Below, piece after piece: positions 26,268 through 39,149 of a stretch of DNA of 64,000 bases (position 1 is the stretch's first letter; every line of letters starts with the position of its first letter). The stretch lies in assembly GCA_964016885.1 (NCBI GenBank), contig OZ024740.1:303676001-303740000 (forward strand). Reading direction: 5' to 3'. The position numbers and the translations under genes are program-made. The DNA comes from Eledone cirrhosa (lineage: Eukaryota). Under the pieces are notes generated by a model. That model worked only from the letters and a program-made list of their open reading frames with translations. It was not told where the DNA came from and did not search any database.

Positions 26268-26779
26268 TATATAATATATATATATAATATATATATATAT
26301 AATATAATATAATATATATATACTCTTACTACTGCTTATTCTACAATTAGTACTAGTACTATGATTACTACTACTACTACACGTGTATTTTCCTGTACAT
26401 ACCTGTGTACCTACCTATGTAGCAGGTGCAAATTTATCCAATGTACAATTATGTGTATATAGGCACATAAATATAGATGTATGTGTATATCTATATAACC
26501 TCTGTACACACTATAAATACAATTAAGGTACATATGTGTTTGGCTGTGTGAGTGTGGCTTATGTACATTAATCAGACATTTAATGTGAAACACCTGTGGG
26601 TCTTATGTAATGACATGTGCATGTGTATATTTTGTATTCATTACCACCTTGTTTCAGATGTGAATAAATGTATGTGGATTCTTTGTCTAATATGTATGTG
26701 TTTATCTGTGTATATTGGTGCCTTGTTTACATTACCTGTGTCCCACTATATACATGCATATATGCATATACATACACAC

Positions 26780-26841
<62 letters not shown>

Positions 26842-26878
26842 CACAAATTTTAATAATTTTGAAAACCATACAACACTG

Positions 26879-26914
<36 letters not shown>

Positions 26915-27024
26915 ATCAGTACTTTACATATATGTACATGTAACTACATGCATCAGTAATGTATATTTTGTATGCACATGGGTGCATATATATGCATATA
27001 CATACACACACACATATACAAATG

Positions 27025-27074
<50 letters not shown>

Positions 27075-27538
27075 CTGTACTTTAGATATATGTATATGTA
27101 ACTAGATGTATCTGTAATGTATATTTTATATGCACATGGGTGCACATATAAGTGTACACATTATACATATATTTCAGTTGTGTATATCTATGTATCTATG
27201 TATGTATGTATGTATGAATATATAACACAAATGTTTTCTATATTCATCAAGTCATATATATAGGTGTGTGTGTGAGTGTGTGTGCGTATTTGTATACCCA
27301 CTATCCTTAAAATTCACGTGTATATATTTGCATGTTTTATATGTAGTGCATATGAGTGTGAATGCATGCATTTATCTCTGTGAGTAAGTGTGTATTTATG
27401 CAGTTTCTTTTCACATATCATCCATACACTTCAGGTGTGGTTTATGTACATCTATTATATATACTATGCACATGTATGTGTATATGTAAACACCTTTTTA
27501 TACACACCTGTTTCATATGTGTATATATAAACAAATTA

Positions 27539-27586
<48 letters not shown>

Positions 27587-28708
27587 TATATGTGTGTCTG
27601 TGTGAGTGTTTCTGTAGTCACGCTTTTTTAACTTATAACCCATATTACTTGAGTGTGTTTGTGTATCAGCGCTTGTGTGTGTTTGCATTTGTATGTGTTT
27701 ACATTTATGCATGGTGTTTGCATATGTGTGTATGTGTGTGTGGGTGGGTATTTGTATGTGTGTGTTTACATTTGTGTGTGTGTGTGTGTGAGAGTGTTCT
27801 CCCTCTGTTTTACATTATCCAGGCATGCTTGGTCCATCCAACAACCCTTGTCAGTAAAAAGGTTTGCCTCCTTTTCCAGGTAAATCGATGGTAAATCTGT
27901 GACTAGTATTGATATGGTGGAAACAAGGGCAAAGAGTAATCCATATTGGGATGAATGGATATGTCCATCTTAAGAATAGAAGGTCATCTTGGGAAAATCT
28001 ACTGTTATTTCTTTCTTCTTTGCGGACAGAAATATTTAGAATGACAGAAAACAGCAAAATGTAGCTAGATTTATTTATAGTTTGGCTTTCTGTTAGGTAT
28101 GTGTATGTATGTGTATATTTGTGTATGTGTGTGTGAGAATGTATGTGACTATGTGCCTGTGTGTGTATGTGTGGTTGTCTGTGTGTGTGTGTCTGTGTGG
28201 CAATGTACATGTGTATATGTCTGTGCGGTTGTCATTGCGTCAATATGACTAAGTTTGTGTGCATCTATTATAGATGTGTGCACGCAAATGTGTGTGTGTG
28301 TGTTGGATGGTGTACATGTTTATGAGTCTATATCAATGTGTCTCTATACATATGCCTATGTGTAGGGGTATCTAGATATGTACATGTGTGAGTTATGCAT
28401 AGGGCGGAGTACATGTGTATGTCTTCATGCCTGTATCAATGTGTCACTATGCATGTGTCTGTGTGTACGTGTGCACATCTAGATATATGTGCATGTATAT
28501 GTGTGTTTGTATGGTTGTCCTTTTCTGTTGTTATGACTATGTGTGTGTTTATTTGTGGAATGGTGTACATATGTATAGAGATATATATATATATATGTTT
28601 ATGTGTGTCTGTATGAATGTGTCCCTATGCATGTGTCTGTGTGTGTGTGCATTTAGCTATATGTGTATGTGTGTGTATGTGTGTGTAACCAAGCGTGTCT
28701 GTGTGTCC

Positions 28709-28752
<44 letters not shown>

Positions 28753-30257
28753 ATGTATATATATATATATGGGGGGGGGTATATATTGTCTATCTGTGCT
28801 TGTTTTGTATGTGTGTATGTTTGTAAATATTTGATGTGTCATAACTACCACTACCACTTCCACTACCATTGCTACACTTACTATTGTCAGGGCTACCACC
28901 ACCACCACTACCAACACCAATACTGTCACCACTACAACCACCACAATTTCTACCATCCTCATCACAGGCAGCAGCAGCAGCAGCACCACCAGCACCAGCA
29001 GCAGCAGTAGCCTGTGTTTTGTCTCTAACTGATGGTTGGCTGTCCAGTTGGACAACTGCTCAATTGGTTGATTGGAGACAGGAATTGCTAAATTGGTCAT
29101 TTAACTAGTTGATTTCTTACAACCACACCTCTTGCACACCACAAATAACCACGATCGACACCACCACCATAGCATCAGTTACAACAACAACAACAACAAC
29201 AATAAAAAGAGTAAGGTATTAGGTATAACAGAAATATGACAGTGACAGCAACAACACAAATGGACAATAACAAGAAGAAATAACAAGAAGAAATAACAAC
29301 AAGAAGAAATAACAACAACACAAACAAAATAAACTAAATTCTGGTAGCAACATTACATAATGACAACAATAACAGCAACAAGAGCAATATAAAATAGATA
29401 TTGACAATAAAAGATAAAAATATTATTCGCAATGAACAGAATAAAAGCTGAAACAACAATAAACACCACAATAACAACAACTACTACAACTGCACTGAGA
29501 AGGGAGGTCTAGCGTTTAGAACAGAGCCCTAAATTAAAGTCTATAAAGGGTCCACACAACATTATTATCATTAGTTTCTGTTGTATCTCATCATAGTCCA
29601 GCATCATAACCATTCCAATCTACTACATCAACAACAGCCCTCCTACAGCCACTACTTGGTTACTGCTATAGAACTACAATGGTTCTTCCCTGTCTCTTTT
29701 ACAAGGAAGCAGCTGCAATTTTTTTACTTTTCTCTGTCTATCTTCCTTAATTTTTCTCATAATCTCTTGAATTCTACAAGTCTTGTTCTTTTGGTCATTT
29801 TTTTTCTTTCAGAATCAGTAGAGCATTTGAGGAAAAAAATATGTATTTAATAGTATTTAATTACATCCCTTTACGTTATAACGAGAGTCAATTTAATCAA
29901 CTATACTCTATCCCAGTCTTGAGTAAACTGCGGCCCGCATGTCACCTATTTGTCTTTCTGAATGGCACGCCTAATTTCAAAATTGCATTGAATTCTTTAG
30001 TATTCATATGATGAGCCACATCCTATATGACTCACTGCTCAAAAAAGGTAGCCTATGCCCGCTCTATCCCATAAAATTTGTAGCCTTATATCTATGTTAG
30101 AAATTAACCAGCCTTGTCTTTCATCCTTCTAGGGTCGATAAAACCAGACTTGGAAGTTCTTTGAGATAGTACCCAGTGCTCCTATGACAGTTGGGATGAC
30201 CCTGATCTCGTGACAGTTCCAAATCCTTTTCAATTCCCACTTTAAATTAATATTATA

Positions 30258-30662
30258 GGGCGGTGAATTGGCAGTATCAGTAGAGCATCAGACACCATGC
30301 TTTGTAGCATGGAGTTATGACCCTTTACGTTCTGAGTTCAAATCCTGCCGAAGTTAACTTTGCCTTTCATCCTTACGGGGTCGATAAAATAAAGTACCAG
30401 TAATGCACTGGGTAATTGCTGGCCTTGTGCCTAAAGTAGAAACAATTATTATTATTATTATTATTAAAGAGGGTGGATTGGCAGTATCGGTAAAGCATCG
30501 GACACCCTGCTTTGCAGCATAGAGTTACGACCCTGTATGTTCTGAGTTCAAATCCACCGAGGTTAGCTTTGCCTTTCATCCTCACAAGGTCGATAAAATG
30601 AAGTACCAGTAATGCACTGGGGTCAATTTAATCGACCCTAGAAACAATTATTATTATTATTA
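30258..30662 (+). mobile_element. Tandem pair of Meta-like SINEs with (ATT)n tails
   Basis: Two consecutive consensus copies, 30258-30465 and 30469-30662. Confidence 0.8.
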
Positions 30663-30740
30663 TTTCATGTGATTTGCTACTGCATGACTTGGTGCACCTC
30701 CATGTTCGTGAGGTATATGCAGTATTGTGAGTTCTTTTTT

Positions 30741-32990
30741 TTTGTGAATGGGGGAGTATAAAAATCTTTTGTTAGTGCAGTACATCAGTCTGGTTTTGTG
30801 AATGGAGGAGTATAAACTCCTCTTGTTAGTGCAGTACATCAGTCTGGTTTTGTGAATGGAGGAGTATAAACTCCTCTTGTTAGTGCAGTACATCAGTCTG
30901 GTTTTGTGAATGGAGGAGTATAAACTCCTCTTGTTAGTGCAGTACATCAGTCTGGTTTTGTGAATGGAGGAGTATAAACTCCTCTTGTTAGTGTAGTACA
31001 TCAGTCTGGTTTTGTGAATGGAGGAGTATAAACTCCTCTTGTTAGTGTAGTACATCAGTCTGGTTTTGTGAATGGAGGAGTATAAACTCCTCTTGTTAGT
31101 GCAGTACATCAGTCTGGTTTTGTGAATGGAGGAGTATAAACTCCTCTTGTTAGTGCAGTACATCAGTCTGGTTTTGTGAATGGAGGAGTATAAACTCCTC
31201 TTGTTAGTGCAGTACATCAGTCTGGTTTTGTGAATGGAGGAGTATAAACTCCTCTTGTTAGTGCAGTACATCAGTCTGGTTTTGTGAATGGAGGAGTATA
31301 AACTCCTCTTGTTAGTGTAGTACATCAGTCTGGTTTTGTGAATGGAGGAGTATAAACTCCTCTTGTTAGTGTAGTACCTCAGTCTGGTTTTGTGAATGGA
31401 GGAGTATAAACTCCTCTTGTTAGTGCAGTACATCAGTCTGGTTTTGTGAATGGAGGAGTATAAACTCCTCTTGTTAGTGCAGTACATCAGTCTGGTTTTG
31501 TGAATGGAGGAGTATAAACTCCTCTTGTTAGTGCAGTACATCAGTCTGGTTTTGTGAATGGAGGAGTATAAACTCCTCTTGTTAGTGTAGTACATCAGTC
31601 TGGTTTTGTGAATGGAGGAGTATAAACTCCTCTTGTTAGTGTAGTACCTCAGTCTGGTTTTGTGAATGGAGGAGTATAAACTCCTCTTGTTAGTGCAGTA
31701 CATCAGTCTGGTTTTGTGAATGGAGGAGTATAAACTCCTCTTGTTAGTGCAGTACATCAGTCTGGTTTTGTGAATGGAGGAGTATAAACTCCTCTTGTTA
31801 GTGCAGTACATCAGTCTGGTTTTGTGAATGGAGGAGTATAAACTCCTCTTGTTAGTGCAGTACATCAGTCTGGTTTTGTGAATGGAGGAGTATAAACTCC
31901 TCTTGTTAGTGTAGTACATCAGTCTGGTTTTGTGAATGGAGGAGTATAAACTCCTCTTGTTAGTGTAGTACATCAGTCTGGTTTTGTGAATGGAGGAGTA
32001 TAAACTCCTCTTGTTAGTGCAGTACATCAGTCTGGTTTTGTGAATGGAGGAGTATAAACTCCTCTTGTTAGTGCAGTACATCAGTCTGGTTTTGTGAATG
32101 GAGGAGTATAAACTCCTCTTGTTAGTGCAGTACATCAGTCTGGTTTTGTGAATGGAGGAGTATAAACTCCTCTTGTTAGTGCAGTACATCAGTCTGGTTT
32201 TGTGAATGGAGGAGTATAAACTCCTCTTGTTAGTGTAGTACATCAGTCTGGTTTTGTGAATGGAGGAGTATAAACTCCTCTTGTTAGTGTAGTACCTCAG
32301 TCTGGTTTTGTGAATGGAGGAGTATAAACTCCTCTTGTTAGTGCAGTACATCAGTCTGGTTTTGTGAATGGAGGAGTATAAACTCCTCTTGTTAGTGCAG
32401 TACATCAGTCTGGTTTTGTGAATGGAGGAGTATAAACTCCTCTTGTTAGTGCAGTACATCAGTCTGGTTTTGTGAATGGAGGAGTATAAACTCCTCTTGT
32501 TAGTGCAGTACATCAGTCTGGTTTTGTGAATGGAGGAGTATAAACTCCTCTTGTTAGTGTAGTACCTCAGTCTGGTTTTGTGAATGGAGGAGTATAAACT
32601 CCTCTTGTTAGTGTAGTACATCAGTCTTGTTTTGATACGGGGGAGTATAAACTCTTCTTGTTAGTGCAGTACCTTGTGTTGTGAATAGAGGAGTATAAAA
32701 ACCTCTTGTTAGTGCAGTACCTTGTGTTGTGAATGGAGGACTATCAAAACTTCTTGTTAGTGCAATACCTTGTGTTGTGAATGGGGGAGTATAAAAACCT
32801 CTTGTTAGTGCAGTACCTTGTGTTGTGAATGGAGGAGTATAAAAACCTCTTGTTAGTGCCATACATCAGCCTTGTTTTGATATGGAGGAGTATTAACTCC
32901 TCTTATTAGTGCAGTACATCAACCTTGTTTTGATATGGAGAAGTATAAACACCTCTTGTTAGTGCTGTACATCGCCCTTGTTTTGATATG
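30741..32990. repeat. 54-bp tandem satellite: 35 near-identical units (to ~32620) plus ~7 diverged units
   Basis: Unit ggttttgtgaatggaggagtataaactcctcttgttagtg(c/t)agtac(a/c)tcagtct; internal hairpin GAGGAG-TATAAA-CTCCTC. Confidence 0.97.
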
Positions 32991-33575
32991 GGGTTTAGCT
33001 TACTTGTTTGTGTTATTTTAATGCTTGTTCTGTTGTATATGGTGTGTGTAATGGGAGCTGTGTTATTTTATTGGCTATTTATTATTCTTGAAGAGTATAT
33101 TTTGTGAGTTGTATAGTTTTATCTTAGCAGATGTTTTTTTGTATGGTGTGTGCATTTAGTGTGTTGTGTGGTAAGGCATCCATATTTTTGTTCATATATA
33201 TTGTTTACTATATCTAGTGCTGCTCCACTTGTATTATTTGCAGTGTTTTTATCTTCTTGCCCCACATCATGACTATTTCAATATCTTTACATTTGGACAG
33301 ATTCTTTTCAAACAATATTTTGGTCAAAAGGGATAACAATGTCTGACAGTGTACATTTGTTTTTGTTTTGCTATTTTCAGTCCTTGATTATTATGTCTGG
33401 GTAGTTTTCCTTGATTTCTTTGTCAGTTTGGACAGGCATATCCAATATGAATGTGGTGTGGTTGTTGTCATGTACCATGTTGGGTACATGTTTAAACCAC
33501 GTTTTTGTATGTTTTCATATTGAAATGTTGGTAAATTACCCAGTAAATATGGCTGTCAACTCAACCATGTGTATA

Positions 33576-33961
33576 CTCTCAGGTCCCAAATAATAGGGGA
33601 TTGGAATAAACAGGGATGGAATAAGAGGTGGACTGGAAAATTTTTTATTTTTCTAGGTTATCTCTGCTGATTTTTTTTTTAAACCAGAATTAGTCGTTCG
33701 TTTAGTTTACATATTGAGACCCCAACCCATCCTATTTCTTTTATAATGTATAGGATTTCTAGTAATGTTCTTTTTTGTCATATATGTATAAGGAGAATTA
33801 ATTGTCACAGGAATACTACCTCTTAAAATAAAATTTAACTTGAGGTAGATTAGCAAAATTTTATAAACGGTTGGAGGGATAAGAGCAGTGGGGGGGGGGG
33901 GGGGGGATTTGGAAAAGTTAATAAGCAGGGTGGAGAGGAGCGATTATTTGAGACTCAAGAG
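33576..33961. mobile_element. TA-flanked MITE nested in the R4-like relic
   Basis: ta|CTCTCAGGTCCCAAATAAT...ATTATTTGAGACTCAAGAG|ta. Confidence 0.75.
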
Positions 33962-34505
33962 TATATTCAGACTTGGCAAGGACTGGTCAGTTAGAGATGA
34001 TGTGGTCAACTGTTTCATTGACTTGATTTCACTGTCTTCACTTGGTGTTAGGATCTGTTTTCCTTATTTTGTTCTTATAATTGTTTGTGACCAGACGTGT
34101 GCAGCAAGAATCAGCCCTTCTGTTTTTTGCTCAATCCAGAGTTTTTAGACCATTATTGACTTTCATTTTGATTTACTTCTTTGTCAAACCACTTTTTAAA
34201 TCTATCCCTCTAACATTTTCTTTCATTTCTACATGCAAAATATCATCTAGCTCTAAGATCCCCAAATATTTATAGCCATCATCTTCTTCTTGTTCTCCCA
34301 TGGTTTCCCTCAATGGCAGTCATAATCCACTACAGGCTGTTTTCTGTGAATATTATCTTTTGGTAAAGATGGTATTTTGAACTTGTACTGATGTAACTTA
34401 CTTGAATCTAATAGCTCATGATATGTAATGTCTTGTGGCTGACATATAAGCAGTAGTAGTGGAGAGACACACATATACACACCATGTTAGAGAGAGAGAG
34501 AGAAA

Positions 34506-34569
<64 letters not shown>

Positions 34570-34804
34570 CTGATAAACTCACTTCATTTGCTTATTGCAA
34601 AAATTGTAGAAAAATTAAGAAAAAAAAGATAAAATTATTATAGATAAATTTAATGACATGCAAATGATTAAATTGACCAAAAAATTTGCTAAAAAAACTA
34701 AAACAACTCAATACCTTACAGAATCAAAGAATAAATTAAATAAAAATTTGACAAAAAGACATACAAAATATGGAATAGTGGATTCCATGAAGTAATAGAA
34801 CAGC

Positions 34805-35135
34805 TAAAACAGAGAATTCTCTTGAAAAGCCAAAAGATAAGGAGATATGTAAATAGAAATAAACAGTTTGAGGAGAATAGTTCGTTTCAAAATAATGCAA
34901 AATAATTCTTCCACACTTTGGAAGGAAACAATGGGAAGGGTGCTATTCTTAATGCTGATAATGCAAAGGAGTTCTAGAATGGGATATGGGAGGACAGTTT
35001 GAGGCAGAGATAGGAGATCGAGTGGATAGACACTATCAAGACAGAATTGCAAGGAGGAAATATACAAAGAGATATTACCATAAGCACAGTTGATGTGAAG
35101 GATCAAATAGCCAAGATACCAAACTGGAAGTGCCC
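34805..35135 (+). mobile_element. Decayed R4-like pre-RT fragment
   Basis: NKQFEENSSFQNNAK...PNWKCP-like reading with stops. Confidence 0.4.
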
Positions 35136-36451
35136 TGTTCACACTGTAAAGTAGTCATTTGGGTGTCTCAATAAAGAGTGCCCAGTACACACTGTAAATG
35201 TAGTTAGCATTAGAAAGGGCACAATTTACAGTAGCCTTTACTAGTGTTCTTCTTACTCAATTCTAATCACAATGAAAATTTCTCATCGTTTAATAATTTT
35301 GACGGAACTTTTCTTTCATAGAAAGTGGATTTCAGTTTTTTCTTCGGGGGAGTGTCATTTTCATCACTATCAGAGTGATATTCTATATTCACTTTTTTCC
35401 CCACTCATAATGAAAAAGTGTCCAGTCCACACTATAACGTGGTTGTGTAGGTGACATGACAAAAAGCAACAAGACCACACTGTAAAGTGGTCATATAGGT
35501 ATCTGACCTGGCTTGTTTCACAACGTGACATCTCGTCTAACCCATGCTAGCGTGGAAAATGGACGTTAAATGGTGATGGTGATGATAGGGATGATGATGA
35601 TGATGATGGGTTCAAAGTGTTTCTTAAAAAAGCACAACAGTTCAGATATTGAAAGATGACACCATCAAAGCACACTGCATGCCGTAACACAACTATTTAA
35701 ACTGAACTGATACGGTTGTCTTCCAAGAATTCATTTTAATCACTTTATATTTAGATGTCTTTGCATATTGTCAGTGGAATCTATTCTAGTAAAATGTCCA
35801 CTGATCGACTGTAAGTGAATAGTGCATTAGCATTGGCTACCAGGATAATACAGAAGATGGCTGGCTACTGATTTGAAATACTCCGCAGAAGAGTATTGAT
35901 ATCAAGTGAGATCTGATGGGCAAATATATTTAATGGATAGCATCTTGATGTAAAAGTCGTTATAGCTGATAAATGATAAATCATCAAATGGTGATTTTAG
36001 AATAACAATTAAGCTAAATTCTCAAAACAAGTACAATCTCTAAAACATACCAAAAAACCCGGATGTAGTACCTAACGTACAAAAAAGTCAAATTATGGGC
36101 AAATGGTACCAAATTTGCACGAACGTACTAACTTCTGCTGCGCTGCTTTTTTTATTGCCAAAATAATTGTTTTGTTTTTTTCTTTTTGTGTTGGCAGTGG
36201 TGTAGGAGAATCGGTTGCATACTTAGAATATCAAAACTGTGGGTACTAGTTTGTGTAGTGAATGGAAACCTATGTATGAAAGAGGAGATTCTTCCTAGAA
36301 AGAAGTAATATTTACATCTTGGGAGAAATTGTCTGATGTCTCAACTCAGTGGTTCTCAAATTGACAAATACTACACCCTCACCATCCCCATATAAGTGAA
36401 AAGTTTCTCCCCCTCCTCTCTATGAAAAGACAAAAACAGTTATATAATATA

Positions 36452-36846
36452 ACTGGCAGAATCGCTAGAGCGTCGGACAAATGCAGTATTTGTTCTGTAA
36501 CTCTTTACGTTCTGAGTTCAAATACAGCTGAGATTAACTTTGCCTTTCATCCTTACACGATCAATAAAATAAAGTACTAGCAATGCACTGGTTCGATTTA
36601 ATCAACTTTCCCCTCCTCCAAAATTGTTGTACCTAAATCAGAAACTATTATTATATTGGATTGGCAGTATCGGTAGAGGGTCTGACGCCATGCTTTTTAG
36701 CAAAGAGTTATGGCCCTTTATGGTCTGAGTTCAAATCCCGCTAAGGTTAACTTTGCCTTTCATCCTTACGGGGTCGATAAAATAAAGTACCAGTAATGTA
36801 CTGGGTAATTGCTGGCCTTGTGCCAAAAGTAGAAACAATTATTATA
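36452..36846 (+). mobile_element. Tandem pair of Meta-like SINEs
   Basis: Two consecutive copies of the central motif with A and B boxes. Confidence 0.75.
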
Positions 36847-37631
36847 TTACAATAGAAATATTATAGAATCATAGCTATAAAAAAAATCTCAATTTTATTA
36901 AACATGGCAATTTGTCCGCTCTCTTTTCACTTCTCACAGTCCACCCTTCTCAGGATAAGGTTTGATCTCCACATGGGAAACTACGGCCTTAATTCAAATC
37001 CTAATTTTAATCTTTACTCAAACTTTTGTCCTTTTCTTCCCTAATTGAGATAATATATTTGGGAGGAATTTTCTAAAATCATTTATTATTTACAGTTGTA
37101 TAAATAACATTATACAACTGTAAATATGTGAGTGAATAATGCATTATCATTGGCTACCAGGATAATACAGAAGATGGCTGGCTACTGATTTGAAATACTC
37201 TGCAGAGTATTTCAAACACATATAATAAATACAATTAATTATTACTAAGAACCTCACAAATATAATGCACATAATATATATCAAAGCGAGAGAAAAAGAA
37301 AAGGAAAGAAAAAACACAAACAAACAAAAACAACCATCAATTCTTTTGACCACAAGGGTGAACGGGAAATTTTGAGGCAAGGCAACAAATAATATTCATT
37401 CTTAAAAGTTAAGATTTTAATGCATTGAAATAATTTCCTTGGAGATAATGGTAAATGTGTTTTTTTTTTTTTTTGCTCCTCTATCTATAGTGAAACAGAA
37501 AATATGAAATATATATGCTTATTCTTAACAAAACGCTGGACTTTAAAAGCTTCATTCTCCAAATAAAACGTCATCTTTGTTTCTCTTGTATAAATTAGCG
37601 AATGTTTGTCAGGGTTTTTTCACAATATAAT

Positions 37632-38271
37632 AATTTCTTACTCAAGCACAAGGCCAGAAATTTATCGCAGAGGTGTTAGTTGATTATATTGACCCTAGTA
37701 CTTGACTTGTACTTTATTTTATTGACATTGGAAGGATGAAAGGCAAAGTCTACTTCGGCGAGATTTAAACTTAGAGTCAAAACAAATATCGGAAAGCGCT
37801 CTAACAACTCTGCCAATTTGCTGCCTTCATAATGTCATACTGGTTTCTAATTTTGGCACAAGACCAGCAATTTTAAGAACAAGGGAAATTCGATTATATC
37901 TACCCTAGTACTTTACTTGTACGTTATCTTATCGACCTTGGAAGGGTTTGAACTCAGAACGTAAGGAACCGTAACTAAATGTTCGTTATGTAGAAAGTCC
38001 CTAAAGTGTATCTCAAGACAAGAGGCTCATCAGGCTGGTGCGTATCCTGGTTTCATGGCTTGAAGTGCCTGAGAGTACAAGACTCCCCCCTGGACAAGAC
38101 ACCAATCCATAAGGTCAAACCCCCACCTATTGTTGGAACTTATTTTCAGCAGAGTATACTGGAGCAACATGAAATGAAGTGTTTTACTCAAGAACACAGC
38201 ACACAACCCAGCCCAGGAATCGAACTTGCAACATTATGATCGTACGTCCAATAGCCTTACCACTGGGCCAC
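37632..38271 (-). mobile_element. Cluster of old SINEs (two Meta-like, one CORE-like at 37995-38271)
   Basis: Complement of the consensus motifs; head tggcccagtggtaagg...gttcgattcc. Confidence 0.65.
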
Positions 38272-39149
38272 TAGTAAAATGGGAAACCTGAAGTGCCATA
38301 GTACTGCCTAGATTACTCTGTGACTGACCTCAAATGGGTATTTGTTAACTTCCATATTGAATCTAAACAGACATTGTTGCTGTATCTCGTTGGAGCATCA
38401 CCACACCTTATTCATGCAGCTTATTATTGGTTATCTAACATGTGTATATGTATGTATCAGTATGTGTATACAAATGTGTTTGTGTGTGTAAGTCTGTGCC
38501 TGTGTATACATGTGTACATGCATGTCAGTATGTATATTAGTGTGTCTATTTCCAAATGTACTAATTACTACATGTGTCTCTGCACATGTGTATGTATATG
38601 TGTATGTTAGTATAAGAGTGTGATCAATGTAGGTGTATGCATATTTCTATTTAATGAGAGCTCGTCCGTTGTGTCTTCAGTAGAGTCGATATCACGTTCA
38701 GTGTTTTCGCTGAGGACAGAGATCAATACCTAAGCCTGATTGTTGACCATATAATTATGTTAACTAACTGAACAGATATAGTTTCAGCTGATAGATTGCT
38801 TAGCTACATAAGAGTGTGTGTATGTTTGTCTGTGTGTGTGTGTGTGTTGATGAACAAATACAGTGTTAGCTGATAAATTGATACTATTGGTTATACTACA
38901 AATAAGTTTATGTGAGAAGTAGAGAGAGAGGGGATATGTGTGTGTATGTAATTAAGTTTGTTTTGAAACAGCAAGCAAGCTTGAAAATAGATATAGAAGC
39001 TTTCGCCATATTTTGACTAAAGAAATTTTAGCCTGATAGTGGGGTTTAGAACCCCCTAAGAAATGAAAAACGATGAGTATTGACGTACATGTACAGTATA
39101 AGCAGCTCAACAAATTAAGAATTTGGAGCAGATATATACTAATTTAAGG

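Larger units (their letters stand above)
30650..34350 (-). mobile_element. Decayed R4/Dong-like (restriction-like endonuclease) LINE ending in (TAA)n
   Basis: Hand translation GYKYLGILELD (~34240-34280) and ILDMPVQTDKEIKENYPDIIIKD (~33380-33450). Minus-strand 3' end cacatgaaataataataat. Contains the 54-bp array and a nested MITE. Confidence 0.6.

Noticed and set aside
25604-29407. Many short YI/CV/HT-rich ORFs
   Set aside because: They are translations of (TA)n, (TG)n, (GATA)n and trinucleotide repeats.
30780-32620. Tandem hammerheads in the satellite (minus strand CTGATGT...CAAAAC)
   Set aside because: It lacks the CUGANGA and GAAA cores and the required stems.
30660-32621. 653-aa repetitive ORF, or a CRISPR-like array
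   Set aside because: A 54-bp unit (multiple of 3) with no stop in one frame explains the ORF. There are no unique spacers or cas genes, and the context is eukaryotic.
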